Shown here: one piece after another, positions 52,640 through 64,000 of the stretch
Numbering within the stretch: the first letter of the stretch is position 1
How the letters are laid out: each line of letters starts with the position of its first letter
Source of the DNA: Macrostomum lignano
Taxonomy: Eukaryota
Assembly: GCA_002269645.1 (NCBI GenBank)
Contig: NIVC01000129.1
Coordinates: forward strand, 604,755-668,754
DNA length: 64,000 bases
Direction: 5' to 3'
Notes under the pieces: model-generated
What the model was told of the DNA's origin: nothing
The model's input: only the letters and a program-made list of their open reading frames with translations
Databases searched by the model: none
Translations under genes and position numbers: made by a program

Positions 52640-53705
52640 GCTATTGTGCTGTGCTGGGGAGAATTACTAAGATGTCAAGGCTCACGGAGAATAACTGAGA
52701 TTATGGGGAGGGGGTTTCTGAGATGTCAGAGAAGCAAAGAAGCAAACGTCAGAAGCTACTTCAAAGTACATGTAGTTTACTCATTTTTTTATTACATTCT
52801 TTGTTGGCTTGCTACGGGGGAGGGGGCGCTGATAGAAGAAGAGTCATGTAAAAAAGAGAAGAAGCACTATGTGTACATAAAAGAAGAGTCATTATATCAA
52901 AGTTAAAAGATTCATTCGGGAATTGCTACGATGCCAAGGCTTGGAGGGAATCGCTATAGTGCTGTGATTCTTAAATAAGGAATCACTAAAATGTCAAGGC
53001 TTAGGGAAGAAGAATTACTGAGATTCAAGGCTTTAGGTTGGGTTAAAGTTAGGTTTAGGTCAGGTTTGGGTTGAGGGTTAGATTTTAGCGGGTTTCAAGA
53101 TTAACAGGGGATTTTTCAGATATCAAAGTTTATGGGGGGCATCGCTAACATGTCAAGGCTTACGGTGGGAATAGCTGAGATGTCAAGGCTCACGGGGGAA
53201 TAACTGAGATGTCAAGGCTAAATTCACAAGCTACATGTAGTTTATTGAAAAATGTTTTCATTATTTGTTGGCTCTTCACGGGAAGGATTGCTGATAGATA
53301 AAGTGTAATATAAAAAATAAAAGAAGCTTCATGTCAAAGTTAAGAGATTCATTTGGGAATCCCTACGATATCGAGGCTTGCAGGGAATCGCTATAATGCT
53401 GTAGTGCTATAATGACTCTCAGAGAGAATTACTGAAATGTCAATGCTTTAAGGTTAGGGTTAGGGTTAGGGTTAGGGTTAGGGTTAGAAGGTTAACAGAT
53501 TTTTTTTAAGATTTCAAGGCTTATGGGGGGAATTGCTAAGATGTCAAGGGGGAGTTGATATGCTAAGGCTTGTGGGGGGAGGAATTGCTGACATATCAAG
53601 GCTTACAAGGGGTTGCTGAGGTATAATGCAAAGAGACACTTATATGTAGTTTATTAAAAAAACTTGTGCTGTATTTTTTTGGCTCCCCAACGGGGGGCAC
53701 TGATT
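52640..53705. repeat. Degenerate about 430-460-bp repeat (2-3 copies) built from GGAATTGCTGAGATGTCAAGGCTT subunits, containing interstitial (TTAGGG)5 at 53454-53487
   Basis: Anchor TA(C/T)ATGTAGTTTA recurs near 52768, 53232 and 53642; degenerate TTAGG run at about 53033-53085; a related motif also occurs at about 22630-22710. Confidence 0.75.
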
Positions 53706-54438
53706 GCTAGTAAGGCCTATAAATAGACAATTCATTTTCAGTAGGCCTATGTTGACAAATCTTAGACATTAGGAATCAGGTAGATTTTTGTTTTATGAGT
53801 GAATATTATCTTATTAGGCCTATGTTATTCTACATTTGCACTTTTGATTTAATTTTTGTACATATTTTGTTCCTTAGGCCTATTTTTGTTGCATAGGCCT
53901 ACTGATAGGCCTAGTGATACATCACATTTTAATTTTTTAGCTTAATACTGATATTGATAGGCCTAGGCCTAATTAATAGCAAAGTGCATTGCATCTTTTT
54001 GAAAGTTTTCTATCCTGCTTTTTAAGGCCTAGCCAAGGCAAAAATGATAATAATATTAAATAAAAAATCTTGCAAATACATAAAAAATATAGATAATATC
54101 CTAGGCCTAGAGCTATGCTATAAGTATATCGGTTGATGGTCGTTTGTCTGATGCCAGTTTGTCTGCCCTAATCGCATATTTAGGGCTTAGGCTGGGCCTA
54201 TATAGCATAGCCTTAGGCCCTATACATTTTAAGGGTACCCGGTAAAATGTGGAATCTAGCTGTAGCGGAATCAGAATAGAATAGCACAGTAACATGCTGA
54301 ATCTGCAGCGGAAAGTTAAATTGTGAAATGAGCTGCAGTTTCCGCTAGGCCTAACTTGAAGTAGGCCTAGGCTAAAAATCAAAATGTGGGAATTGAAAAA
54401 TTAGCATTTTTGGAGTTGATACTCATATCCAGGACCAC

Positions 54439-54678
54439 CAGTGGCGGATCTAGTTTCATTTGGGGGGGGGGGGCGGTCCAAGTTTGGGGAGCAAACACGA
54501 GTATAAGAGGCGCCAATTTTTAAGCTGGGGGGGGGAATGCGTGTACGGCCTACGGGGCAAAAAATCAAGCTTAGGGGGGCAAAAATATAGGTTTTTTGGG
54601 GGCGCAATATGTTCTGTCAAGCTATTTTTGGGGGGGCGCCCCCTCCCCCCCCCCGCACAACCCCTAAATCCGCCCCTG
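54439..54678. mobile_element. 240-bp G/C-tract-rich MITE with CAG(T/G)GGCGGAT(C/T)TAG TIRs (hAT-like ends)
   Basis: TIR CAGTGGCGGATCTAG / CTAAATCCGCCCCTG (13/15). Confidence 0.7.
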
Positions 54679-56022
54679 TCAAGGACTACTCAAGTAAAAT
54701 TAATATGCGCATGTATAATGTAATGTATTTATAAGATCAGACGCCGGTCCTCAGTTTTTGGGAATCGTAAAATATAATTATCTAGAAGAACTACAATGTA
54801 GTATATTTATATGCATGAAAAAAGTAAAAAAAAATAAAAACATAATTTTATTAGGTCTACTGCATTTAAAAGTTATGGTAAATGTGATTAAAGTTTGTTG
54901 AAACTTAATTACGTTCTAAATTGAGCAATCTGTATTATACATTTTAAAATTACAAAACATTTAAATTTACCGACATCTAGCTAGATCGCAGTTGCAGTTG
55001 CGAGTGATTCGACATTGTAACTTAGATAGTTAGATTATAACGAAAACCAAATAATACATATTCAGGTTCTAAAAATGATAATAATGATATAATAATGTTA
55101 ATTACCTTTTTAAACAAACGTAATGCCCTAAACTTAGTTTCAAATACATTTAGCATTCATTAGGCCTAGACGCACGTGGAGTGGTGCAAGCATGCAACGC
55201 AGTGCGACACTTGGCGTAGCCGCATAGTGCTTGTAATTCATATCAAAAAGGCCATGCACAGAATGGCCTAAATGTCAAAATTTGGCTAAATTATTGGCGT
55301 GCTCTGTGTAGGCCAAGCTGTGTTGTTTTGTTGGTATTGCCACCACTACACTACAAGGCTCTAGCCTCCAACAAGACCTAGAACAAGGCACAATGCCAAA
55401 AGATCCTTTATTGTCCTTGATTGATGCAAGGCCTCCTGGCCCTGGGCCTTGGCACACACTTTGATGCAGTCTATGTATCTTGGAGAGTGATTCCTTAGTT
55501 AGGCCTATCACATTTTTGCAGGACCCTTGTTCTTACTGGCTTAATGTCTACACATTTTCAAATTTATTCTATCCAAAAGGGCCTAGGTGTATATATTTGC
55601 TTAACTTTTTTTAGGGTAACATTTTAAATTAAAACATTTTCAATATTTTTGTTATGTATTGTCATTGATTGTCTATTAAATTAGGCCTTATGTCATGATC
55701 ATATATAGACCTACCTAAAAGCATCATTGACATTGTAGGCCTAATATTAATAATAATATAGGGCCTAGGCCTAATTATAAAATAGCTAAAATAGATATTA
55801 TACCACACTTATAAAAATAGCAGCTATGTTTCTAGGCTAGGCCACCTTGTCTATAATATTAGAGTTAGGCCTATAAACATAATAGCTATGTTCAACTCCA
55901 AAGAATATAGAATGTATCTCACATTGGAGATTATAGCCATATCAACAAAGTCTATAAGCCTATCTTATTTAAAATAGTTAATCTTATTTTCAAGACTTAA
56001 ATATATTAAAAAGAGTAAAAAC

Positions 56023-57383
56023 TAGAGATAGAACAAATATTAGATTTTACCAAATCTAAATACTGAATACATATATGCGCAACCTCCAAAATTTGGTCGG
56101 CCGTGCTACTTAGTTTTAGCAAAAATGTAATGTAGTTGTTGGCCAAAAATGTGACTTACATATAAAAAACGCAATTAATACAATTTTGGGTAAACAGCAG
56201 GAGTAACTATAACTGTCTTATAAAGCCAAAATGCCTTATCAGCTACTTAGTACTACTACTTGGGTTTTTTTCGGGTGGGCATTTTTGTGACTTCCATGGT
56301 TGGCTGCCAAATTGGTCAGCTAGATTGGCTGACTATTGCGCATATATGACTAAATATTTGGATATAAACTTGCCAAATAATGAATACCAAATACCATTTT
56401 ACTCTTGACAGTACCTCACAATAACTATTACACTGCCTTAAACTTATCCTCAGACACTGTGAAGTACTACCATAGAGCAGATCTGGCTTTCTTTATAGTA
56501 GCCATAAGCCATTCAAGTTAGAATTCTTATACCCTTCTAGAATATTTTTGTAGAAAAATGTAATAATAGTTTTTTTTAATATATAAACTGTTATATATAC
56601 TCGTGCATATATGTCTTCCATTTGAATGCATCCTACTGACAGGAACATTTCATTATCAGCCATTAAGAAATTAACTCCGATTGGATTGGTTGGTACACAA
56701 AGCAGTCTAATGCAGAACTTTTGCACTTCTTTCTTGCATCTATTGGACTAAGTGCTAAGCTTCATAGGCTAAATTTTAACTACAGTCTCCTAGCATCAAT
56801 GTGCATTGGCACAAAATAGTCTTGTGCTAATAGTATTATAAGAATAACTTGCATGTTGGAGGAAGACTGTGCCTATACAGTTTGCTTAATTACATGTATT
56901 CTTGCACACACATTATTCATACCTGTATAAAATCTGCTAAGCTTTGAGAATACTGGCTTGAATAAATCTTTTCCACATTTCATGATTTGCTAAAACTGCA
57001 AAAATACATTTTCTTTTGGACTATAGGCTATAGCCTTTGACACAATAATGATGCAGGAGCAAAGGCTATCAAATCAGATAAATCTTGCTAGCCAAGCAGA
57101 TAGGCATGAAAGTGGGGGTAGGGAAGCAAGTAGACATGAAAGTTAAGGTACCATAATGCATTGCATGTAGATAGCAAAGCAAGTGTTATCATATCTAAGC
57201 TTTGAACTATAATAAAAATACTGCTTCTTATATAAATTTGCTCATTTAAAATATTTCATTTGCTCTTGTTTTATTCTTGTATTTGTTAAAAATTTGAAAC
57301 AAATCCAAGAACAAAACAAATAACAAAAAATAACCTACTTTCCAAATACTGAATACAAATACCAAATATTTGCTCCATCTCTA
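56023..57383. mobile_element. Old non-autonomous hAT-like element
   Basis: TIR TAGAGAT(A/G)GA(A/G)CAAATAT (16/18); degenerate 8-bp TSD GTAAAAAC / GTAGAGAC; subterminal AAATACTGAATAC near both ends. Confidence 0.55.
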
Positions 57384-59118
57384 GTAGAGACTGGGGCAAT
57401 ATTTTTGGCCTTTTACTCTAACAATATTGGTATATATACAAATAGCTAAGTTTCCTTAACCTTTTAAAAAATTGGTAAATTAAATTGTATTTATTCTCAT
57501 TTAAAATTGTTATTCTTTGACTTTGCCTTATTTTTTTCTACTAAGTTGTATAGCTTTCTTTTTTAATACTAAATTAAAGTTTTTTAGTTTCTTTTTTGAT
57601 TTAATTTTGATTTTTTAATTTATTGAAATGTACAATGACCTTTGCAGCTTCTGCCTCCTGCCTTCTACTAAGCTGCTAACGCTGATTGTTAATGTAAGTG
57701 TTCTAATTTTTTATCTTGAAATAAAAATTATTTTTCTATTTTCAGCTTTTCCCCTTAAAAAGTCATCTTTTTGCAAGAAAACTTCAATAAATAATTGCTA
57801 TTAAAAATAAAATGATAACTTAATCAAAACAAATTTATATTTTGCACATCATAATATAAAACTGGCTTGGAAGAAACAAATTAAATCAAAAGGTTAAACC
57901 ATAGCTCAGATATTTTTTGCCTTAGCCACTTGCTTTTTGTTTATTAAAAGTTATACTAAGTGCAACTTGGTAATTCTAAAGTGGTTATTTCACAGCTATT
58001 GCATAAACATCAATTAATTGTTTTTGGAAGTGCCCTGAAGTTTCATCTGGTTCATATAGATTCTAGATTCCCCTCAATTTTTTGCAAGTCCTAATAAAAT
58101 GTACATAAAAAGCAAAAATATTGCACATGCTCTCAGAAATGGCTCAAGGTAAATTAAGAGCTAATGGATAAATCAGTAGTAAAATGCTTTTGTAGTTCTA
58201 AACTTTCATATCTTGGACTGCACAAGAATGTCAATGTAAGTATATCTTTTATAATTATTGAAACTTTATTACAGTATTGATTAATAATGTTTTTATTTTG
58301 TAAAAGAAACATGTCTAAATAGTGCACTTTATCTTGATGTTTGTTTTGTACAAAGATTATTTTTTGAGTTACTAAAAGCTCAAAATTTGACTAGCTTAGC
58401 TTAATTTTGCTGTCACAACAGTTTCAACTATTGTACTTAAGACTATACTAGGCATTTATTAAGTTTTAAGTTCAAGTATTTATCCAAATTTTTTTCTAGA
58501 TTGTTAGCTCTGAAGTTTATGGTGTAGGATTTATTTAATAGTTGTAATCTCAAGGCATGAGATTTATGACTCATTAATGACTCATGGCATTAAACAATAA
58601 TTGCTTGATCCAATTATGTAAATGCAGTACATTAAATTATAAAACCTTAAGTTTAATCGATTTTTTAAGTGTAGACTAGTTAGTTGGTTAATTATATATC
58701 ATATGTAGAATTTTAACAAAAGGAGTAAAAAGTTATTTATTACTAGAATTAGTGCCTAGAAATTGTTAAATCAAAATTTTTGTTCTAAATGCATGTGCTA
58801 CATTTTAGGCTTTTAGGCGTTTTTCTATTATAACTTCAGTTTTAGTTTTGTTAACATTGTTTTCTGTTTCATGCTGCGAGTCGAAATAGTTTTTGAATTA
58901 ACAATTTAAGCTTCGAAACTATCAGCATGTTACTAGTAATAATTTTTTGACAGCTAAGTTTTGATAAAAAAAGCAAAATACTTTTTAACTCCAATCAGTT
59001 CTATTTAACACTAAAGCCTCCTATTCCCTGGCCAGAATCAATAATTCTCCCAGCCGGCTTGGCGGCTCCCCACTGCTTCATTGCAGATCTGCAATCCACT
59101 GCCTCCGCGCTGCTTCTC

Positions 59119-62100
59119 ATGGCCGACTCAGACGACGACTACGATCGGCGCAAGGCCCGCGACAAGTTCAAACAGGAGCGACGCGACTTCGACAGCGGCA
59201 GCAATCGGTCCAGGCAGCAGTCCGATCGCTCCTCGCCTTCTGGCGGCTACGGCGGAGGTCCCCGCCGTCAGAACTACCACCACTCGTCGCGTCAGGACTA
59301 CTATTATCACGATAGGGGCGGCGGCTACGAAGGCGGCGGCGGTGGCGGCCCGCCGTTCAAGCGACAGCGCCGAGACGACGGCCCTCCTGGTCCACCGCCG
59401 CATGGCGGCGACGACGGCTGGGGCGCCGGCGGTGGTCGCGGGCCGCACGGTCGCTACAATTATCCGCGTGACTCGCAGCCGCCTCCGCCGCCCTTGATGC
59501 CGCCGCACGGAGCCGGTGGCATGGGACCGCCTCCGCATCAGCAGCAACAGCCGCCAATGATGCAGCCGCTCATGCAGCATCCGCACGGTTCGGCTGGCGC
59601 TTCTAGCTCTTCGAATGCCAATGTGTTGAAGACGTTTAAACAGTTTCTACTTGAGCAGGATGATGGCATCACTGAGCAGGAGGCCCTAAATAGGTTTGTA
59701 ATGGTTTACTTTTCTTGTCAGCTAGGCTGTTATACTGTATTTAAAGGCTGGTCCTGTCTGTCAACTAATCTGTAATCCTGTTTGTCAACTGATCTGTAAT
59801 CCTGTCCGTCAACTAGGCTGTAGTCTTGTCTGTCAACTAATCTGTAATCCTGTCCGTCAACTAGGCTGTAGTCTTGTCTGTCAACTAATCTGTAATCCTG
59901 TCCGTCAACTAGGCTGTAGTCTTGTCTGTCAACTAATCTGTAATCCTGTCCGTCAACTAGGCTGTAGTCTTGTCTGTCAACTAATCTGTAATCCTGTCCG
60001 TCAACTAGGCTGTAGTCTTGTCTGTCCTCTAGGCTGTAATCCTGTCTGTCAACTAAGCTGTAGTATTGTCTGTTAACTAGGCTGTAATACTGTACCCCGT
60101 ACAGACTGATCCTCTGTCAACTGTAAACTATCATGCCGAATAGTAACTAATAGAATAAAGCCACCGCCTGCCAGGTACCGAGCCTACAAAGAAGAATTCG
60201 TTCGTCGCCAACTGGCGGAATTCTTTGACGCTCACAAATCCGAGGAATGGTTCAAGGAGAAATACCATCCGGACTTCTACGAGGAGAATATTCGCCGCTG
60301 CCAGGAAAATGTTAACAAACGTCTGCGTGCATTCAACGAGCTGCAGTCTATGGGCCTGTTGGATGACCGCGTGGTGCACATCGACCAGGCCAAGGAGCTG
60401 GTGAAGTTCATGGACTCGCTAGTGATCCTGCTAGAGGGCGGCTGCGCCGAAGACTTCGAAATACTTGACGCGCCGCCGGACAACGCCGCCGACGATGGCG
60501 ACGGAGACGACGCGGAAGAGGGCGAAGCTGAGAGGCCGCCAATCAAGGCTAAACCCGCCGCCTCTTCTGCTTCTGGTGCTGCGGCCGCTAAAGCAGCAGC
60601 AGCAGCAGTCCCTGATTCTGGCAAAGCTGACGACGAAGCGGGCGGCAAGTCGTCTAAGAAAAAATCGCGTCACAAATCCGCCGGCAGCAGCTCCAGCTCC
60701 AGCTCTTCGTCCAGCTCCTCGTCTGACTCGTCATCTTCATCTTCGTCTGACAATTCCGACCATTCGGATGCCGAGAATGGCGGTAAGTCGCTTTGATCCC
60801 AAAATCTGGAAGCTGAGTCGTTTTTCCCTGATCCCCAAATTTGAAAGTTGGTCGCTTTTCCCTGATCCCCAAATCTGAAAGTTAAGTCGCTTTTTCCTGA
60901 TCCCCAAATCTGAAAATTGAGTCGCTTTTCCCTGATCCTAAAATTTGGAATTTGAGTTGGTTTACCTTCATCCCCAAATTGGAAATTTAGTCACTTATCT
61001 TGATCCCAAAATTGGGAAGTTGAGTCGCTTAACCTTGATCCCAAAATTGGGAAGTTCGAGTCACGTCATTCATTCTCAATTTGGGATTTTGATAAGCCTG
61101 TCTCAGATTTCAAGCCAAACTGAGATGCCTACTGTCAGAACGATGCATTCCAGATTAGTCTAATAAGTCTGTCACTAACAGAAAACCCAAAACATGCCAA
61201 TTACCCACAGAACGCAAGGCGAAGTCCACCAAGAACAAGTCCAAAGATCAGGGCAAAGCTGAAGAAGCCACATCAGCTGCTGGCGATCTGCCAGTTAGCG
61301 GCTACTCTGCTGCGGCTTCAGCTGATGACGCCCCAGCTGACACGGCTGCCGCTGCTGCACCAGACAGCGGCAAGCCCGACGCTGCCGGCGATGAGGCTGC
61401 AAAGACAGAGGCCTCATCTGCTAAGCTGGAGTCGCCTGCAGAACAGCCAAAGGCGGAGGAATCGCAGTCCACTGAGCCGAAGCAGCCAAAAATTGACAGC
61501 TCAAAGGCGCAAGACGAGGAGCAGGATGAGCAGGGCGAGCTGAGACTGCCTAGGCGGCCTCGGCCTCTGCATAAAACTCAATCGATATTTCTGCGCAATC
61601 TGCACCCCAGCATCACCCGCAAAGAAGTTGAAGCTCTGTGCAAAGCCTATCCAGGCTTTGTGCGCCTGGCACTGCAGGATCCTCTGGCTGAACGAAAATT
61701 CTTCCGGCGCGGTTGGATTACGTTCAAGCACGATGTTAATATCAAGGAGATCTGCTGGAATTTGAATAATATTCGGTAGGTTTTATTTACTATTTACAGT
61801 TAAATACTGTTGGGTCTGTCAAGCCCTATGAGAACGACTCAAACGACTAATGCATGCGACGGAGAGTCATGTTGAGTAACGAGCGCATCACTTAGTGTAC
61901 ATGCCTAACGATAAAATAAAGTTAGGGTTGCTGTACACTCCTGTGTGAGTGTGTGCCTGCGTACGTATCCGCGCGCTTGTATGCCTGCTCAGGGGCGTCG
62001 GCGGAATGGGCAGCAATGCCTCTTGCCGGTTGTGTGCCTATGTCGCTTAAAGTGCGCCAGGGTGCACACAACCCCCTGCCTCTAATAAAAAAGATAATAA

Positions 62101-64000
62101 AAAAACGGCTGGGTGAATCACAGTTTGCGCAGGTATGCTGGGGCGACGCAAGTGACTCTGGGACGCCTCTGGCCTGGGTTTTTATGAAACTTTAGGGGAT
62201 GTGATGTGAGCTTTGGCCATAGACAGCAGCGCGTTTTTTCATGCTTAGTGTGGTTGAGAGCGAGGCGATTATACGAGCATGCTTTCTTTTGATTAATCCC
62301 ATCAATAACATCACCCTTCAATACGCCACCAGCCTGAAAGAGTGCGACCTGGGCGCTATTGTAAATCGCGAGCTGTCTATGCGGGTCAGACCAATCATGA
62401 CCGTGGCCAATCATCGCACAGTGATGCGCCAGGATATTCGATTGGCTGCTAAAATTGTACAGCAGCTCGACGCTAAGCAGGGCCTGCATACGGTGGCAAA
62501 CGGATCTGAGTCAGCTAAGCCGGCCGCTGCGCCGCAACTGCCAACTGATTTGGTCACCTCAGCGGCTGGAGCCAACTGTCCTATGGTGGGCGCCGCCGCT
62601 AGCAGCAATCCTTTGTTGAAAAACTTGGCCGAGTTTATCGTCGATGAGGGCAGCTACGAGGAGGAGGCTCTGTTAGGTTGGTTATTTAAATTTTGATTTT
62701 GCCTGTGCGATCATGCAGCCACTTGTGCGTCACCTGTGCTATCATGCAGCCATCTCTGTGTGTCACCTGTGCTATCATGCAGCCATCTCTGTGTGTCACC
62801 TGTGCTATCATGCAGCCACTTGTGCGTCACCTGTGCTATCATGCAGCCATCTCTGTGTGTCACCTGTGCTATCATGCAGCCATCTCTGTGTGTCACCTGT
62901 GCTATCATGCAGCCATCTCTGTGTGTCACCTGTGCTATCATGCAGCCACTTGTGCGTCACCTGTGCTATCATGCAGCCATCTCTGTGTGTCACCTGTGCT
63001 ATCATGCAGCCATCTCTGTGTGTCACCTGTGCTATCATGCAGCCATCTCTGTGTGTCACCTGTGCTATCATGCAGCCACTTGTGCGTCACCTGTGCTATC
63101 ATGCAGCCATCTCTGTGTGTCACCTGTGCTATCATGCAGCCACTTGTGCGTCACCTGTGCTATCATGCAGCCATCTCTGTGTGTCACCTGTGCTATCATG
63201 CAGCCATCTCTGTGTGTCACCTGTGCTATCATGCAGCCACTTGTGCGTCACCTGTGCTATCATGCAGCCATCTCTGTGTGTGTCACCTGTGCTATCATGC
63301 AGCCATCTCTGTGTGTGTCACCTGTGCTATCATGCAGCCACTTGTGCGTCACCTGTGCTATCATGCAGCCATCTCTGTGTGTGTCACCTGTGCTATCATG
63401 CAGCCATCTCTGTGTGTGTCACCTGTGCTATCATGCAGCCACTTGTGCGTCACCTGTACTATCATGCAGCCATCTCTGTGTGTGTCACCTGTGCTATCAT
63501 GCAGCCATCTCTGTGTGTGTCACCTGTGCTATCATGCAGCCATCTCTGTGTGTGTCACCTGTGCTATCATGCAGCCAGTTCTCACGCCAGCGCCCCTCTT
63601 GACCATACAACAGGTGGCGTGTCTCTCGAGTCGCAGTCTGGCGGCGACGCCGAAGTGAAAATCGAGATCGAACCGTCCCTGCAAGGCAAGCTAGACCGCC
63701 TCATTCTCTATCTGCGTGCCGTGCACAGCGTTGATTTCTATTCGGCCACCGAGTACCCGAGCGAGGACGACATGCCGCACAGATGCGGAATCATGCACGC
63801 CCGCGGCGCTGTCACCATGCCTGACAAGCCAATTTTACAGCGCGAAGTTGACAATTACATGCGCGAATTCGAGTCTAAAGTGCAATCACTGACGCAGTTT
63901 GTTAATCCTATCGCCTCCGAGGACGCCAAGAAGTTGGGATTGCGCGATGAAGAATCTGCCGTTGAAAAATTCATCCAGGACAATACCAAGGAGCTCGGCC
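59119..64000 (+). CDS. SRRT: Serrate RNA effector / Ars2, 5' part (runs off the window)
   Basis: Exons 59119-59693, 60175-60782, 61211-61775, 62333-62676, 63614->64000, phases compatible. Hallmarks: [49 protein letters not shown]...FFRRGWITF...[31 protein letters not shown]...[15 protein letters not shown]. Confidence 0.97.
59750..60095. repeat. 48-bp (24+24) minisatellite in SRRT intron 1
   Basis: GTCAACTAATCTGTAATCCTGTCC / GTCAACTAGGCTGTAGTCTTGTCT alternation. Confidence 0.93.
60783..61055. repeat. About 36-37-bp minisatellite at the start of SRRT intron 2
   Basis: AGTCGCTTTTCCCTGATCCCCAAATCTGAAAGTTG-like units. Confidence 0.88.
61894..62100 (+). mobile_element. SINE family 1 copy, 5'-truncated, in SRRT intron 3
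   Basis: Matches about 32969-33166, with A-rich tail. Confidence 0.9.
62705..63578. repeat. 31/33/35-bp minisatellite (CACCTGTGCTATCATGCAGCCATCTCTGTGTGT) filling SRRT intron 4
   Basis: Visible; ORFs 62693-63658 etc. are repeat translations. Confidence 0.97.

Overview
Metazoan genomic DNA with GT-AG introns, GC-rich exons and AT-rich, minisatellite-filled introns. A free-living flatworm such as Macrostomum is my inference from style and gene families, not something the sequence proves. Genes reconstructed by hand from splice sites: (1) 5' end of a calpain (minus, 2 exons); (2) a tail-to-tail inverted pair of 8-exon genes encoding signal peptide + two divergent C-type-lectin-like domains + about 8 CCP/sushi modules. 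Their N-terminal halves are diverged but about 1.3 kb of the stalk is apparently identical, and the minus copy has a 2-nt frameshift; (3) a minus-strand cluster of rhodopsin-like orphan GPCRs: one intronless gene plus two different TM1-4 exons sharing a single TM5-7 exon; (4) a two-exon NAT8/camello-like GNAT acetyltransferase; (5) the 5' part of SRRT/Ars2, running off the window. The rest is repeats: more than 10 minisatellite arrays, two tRNA-derived SINE families, a degenerate RTE-like LINE, a Gypsy remnant, a 1.4-kb foldback-type element with TTAA ends, several MITEs, interstitial TTAGGG and a TAGGCCTA-rich island. Best novelty candidates: the GPCR with alternative or mutually exclusive TM1-4 exons, and the inverted lectin-CCP pair with variable heads and a homogenised stalk. 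All identity figures are from manual reading, not computed alignments.
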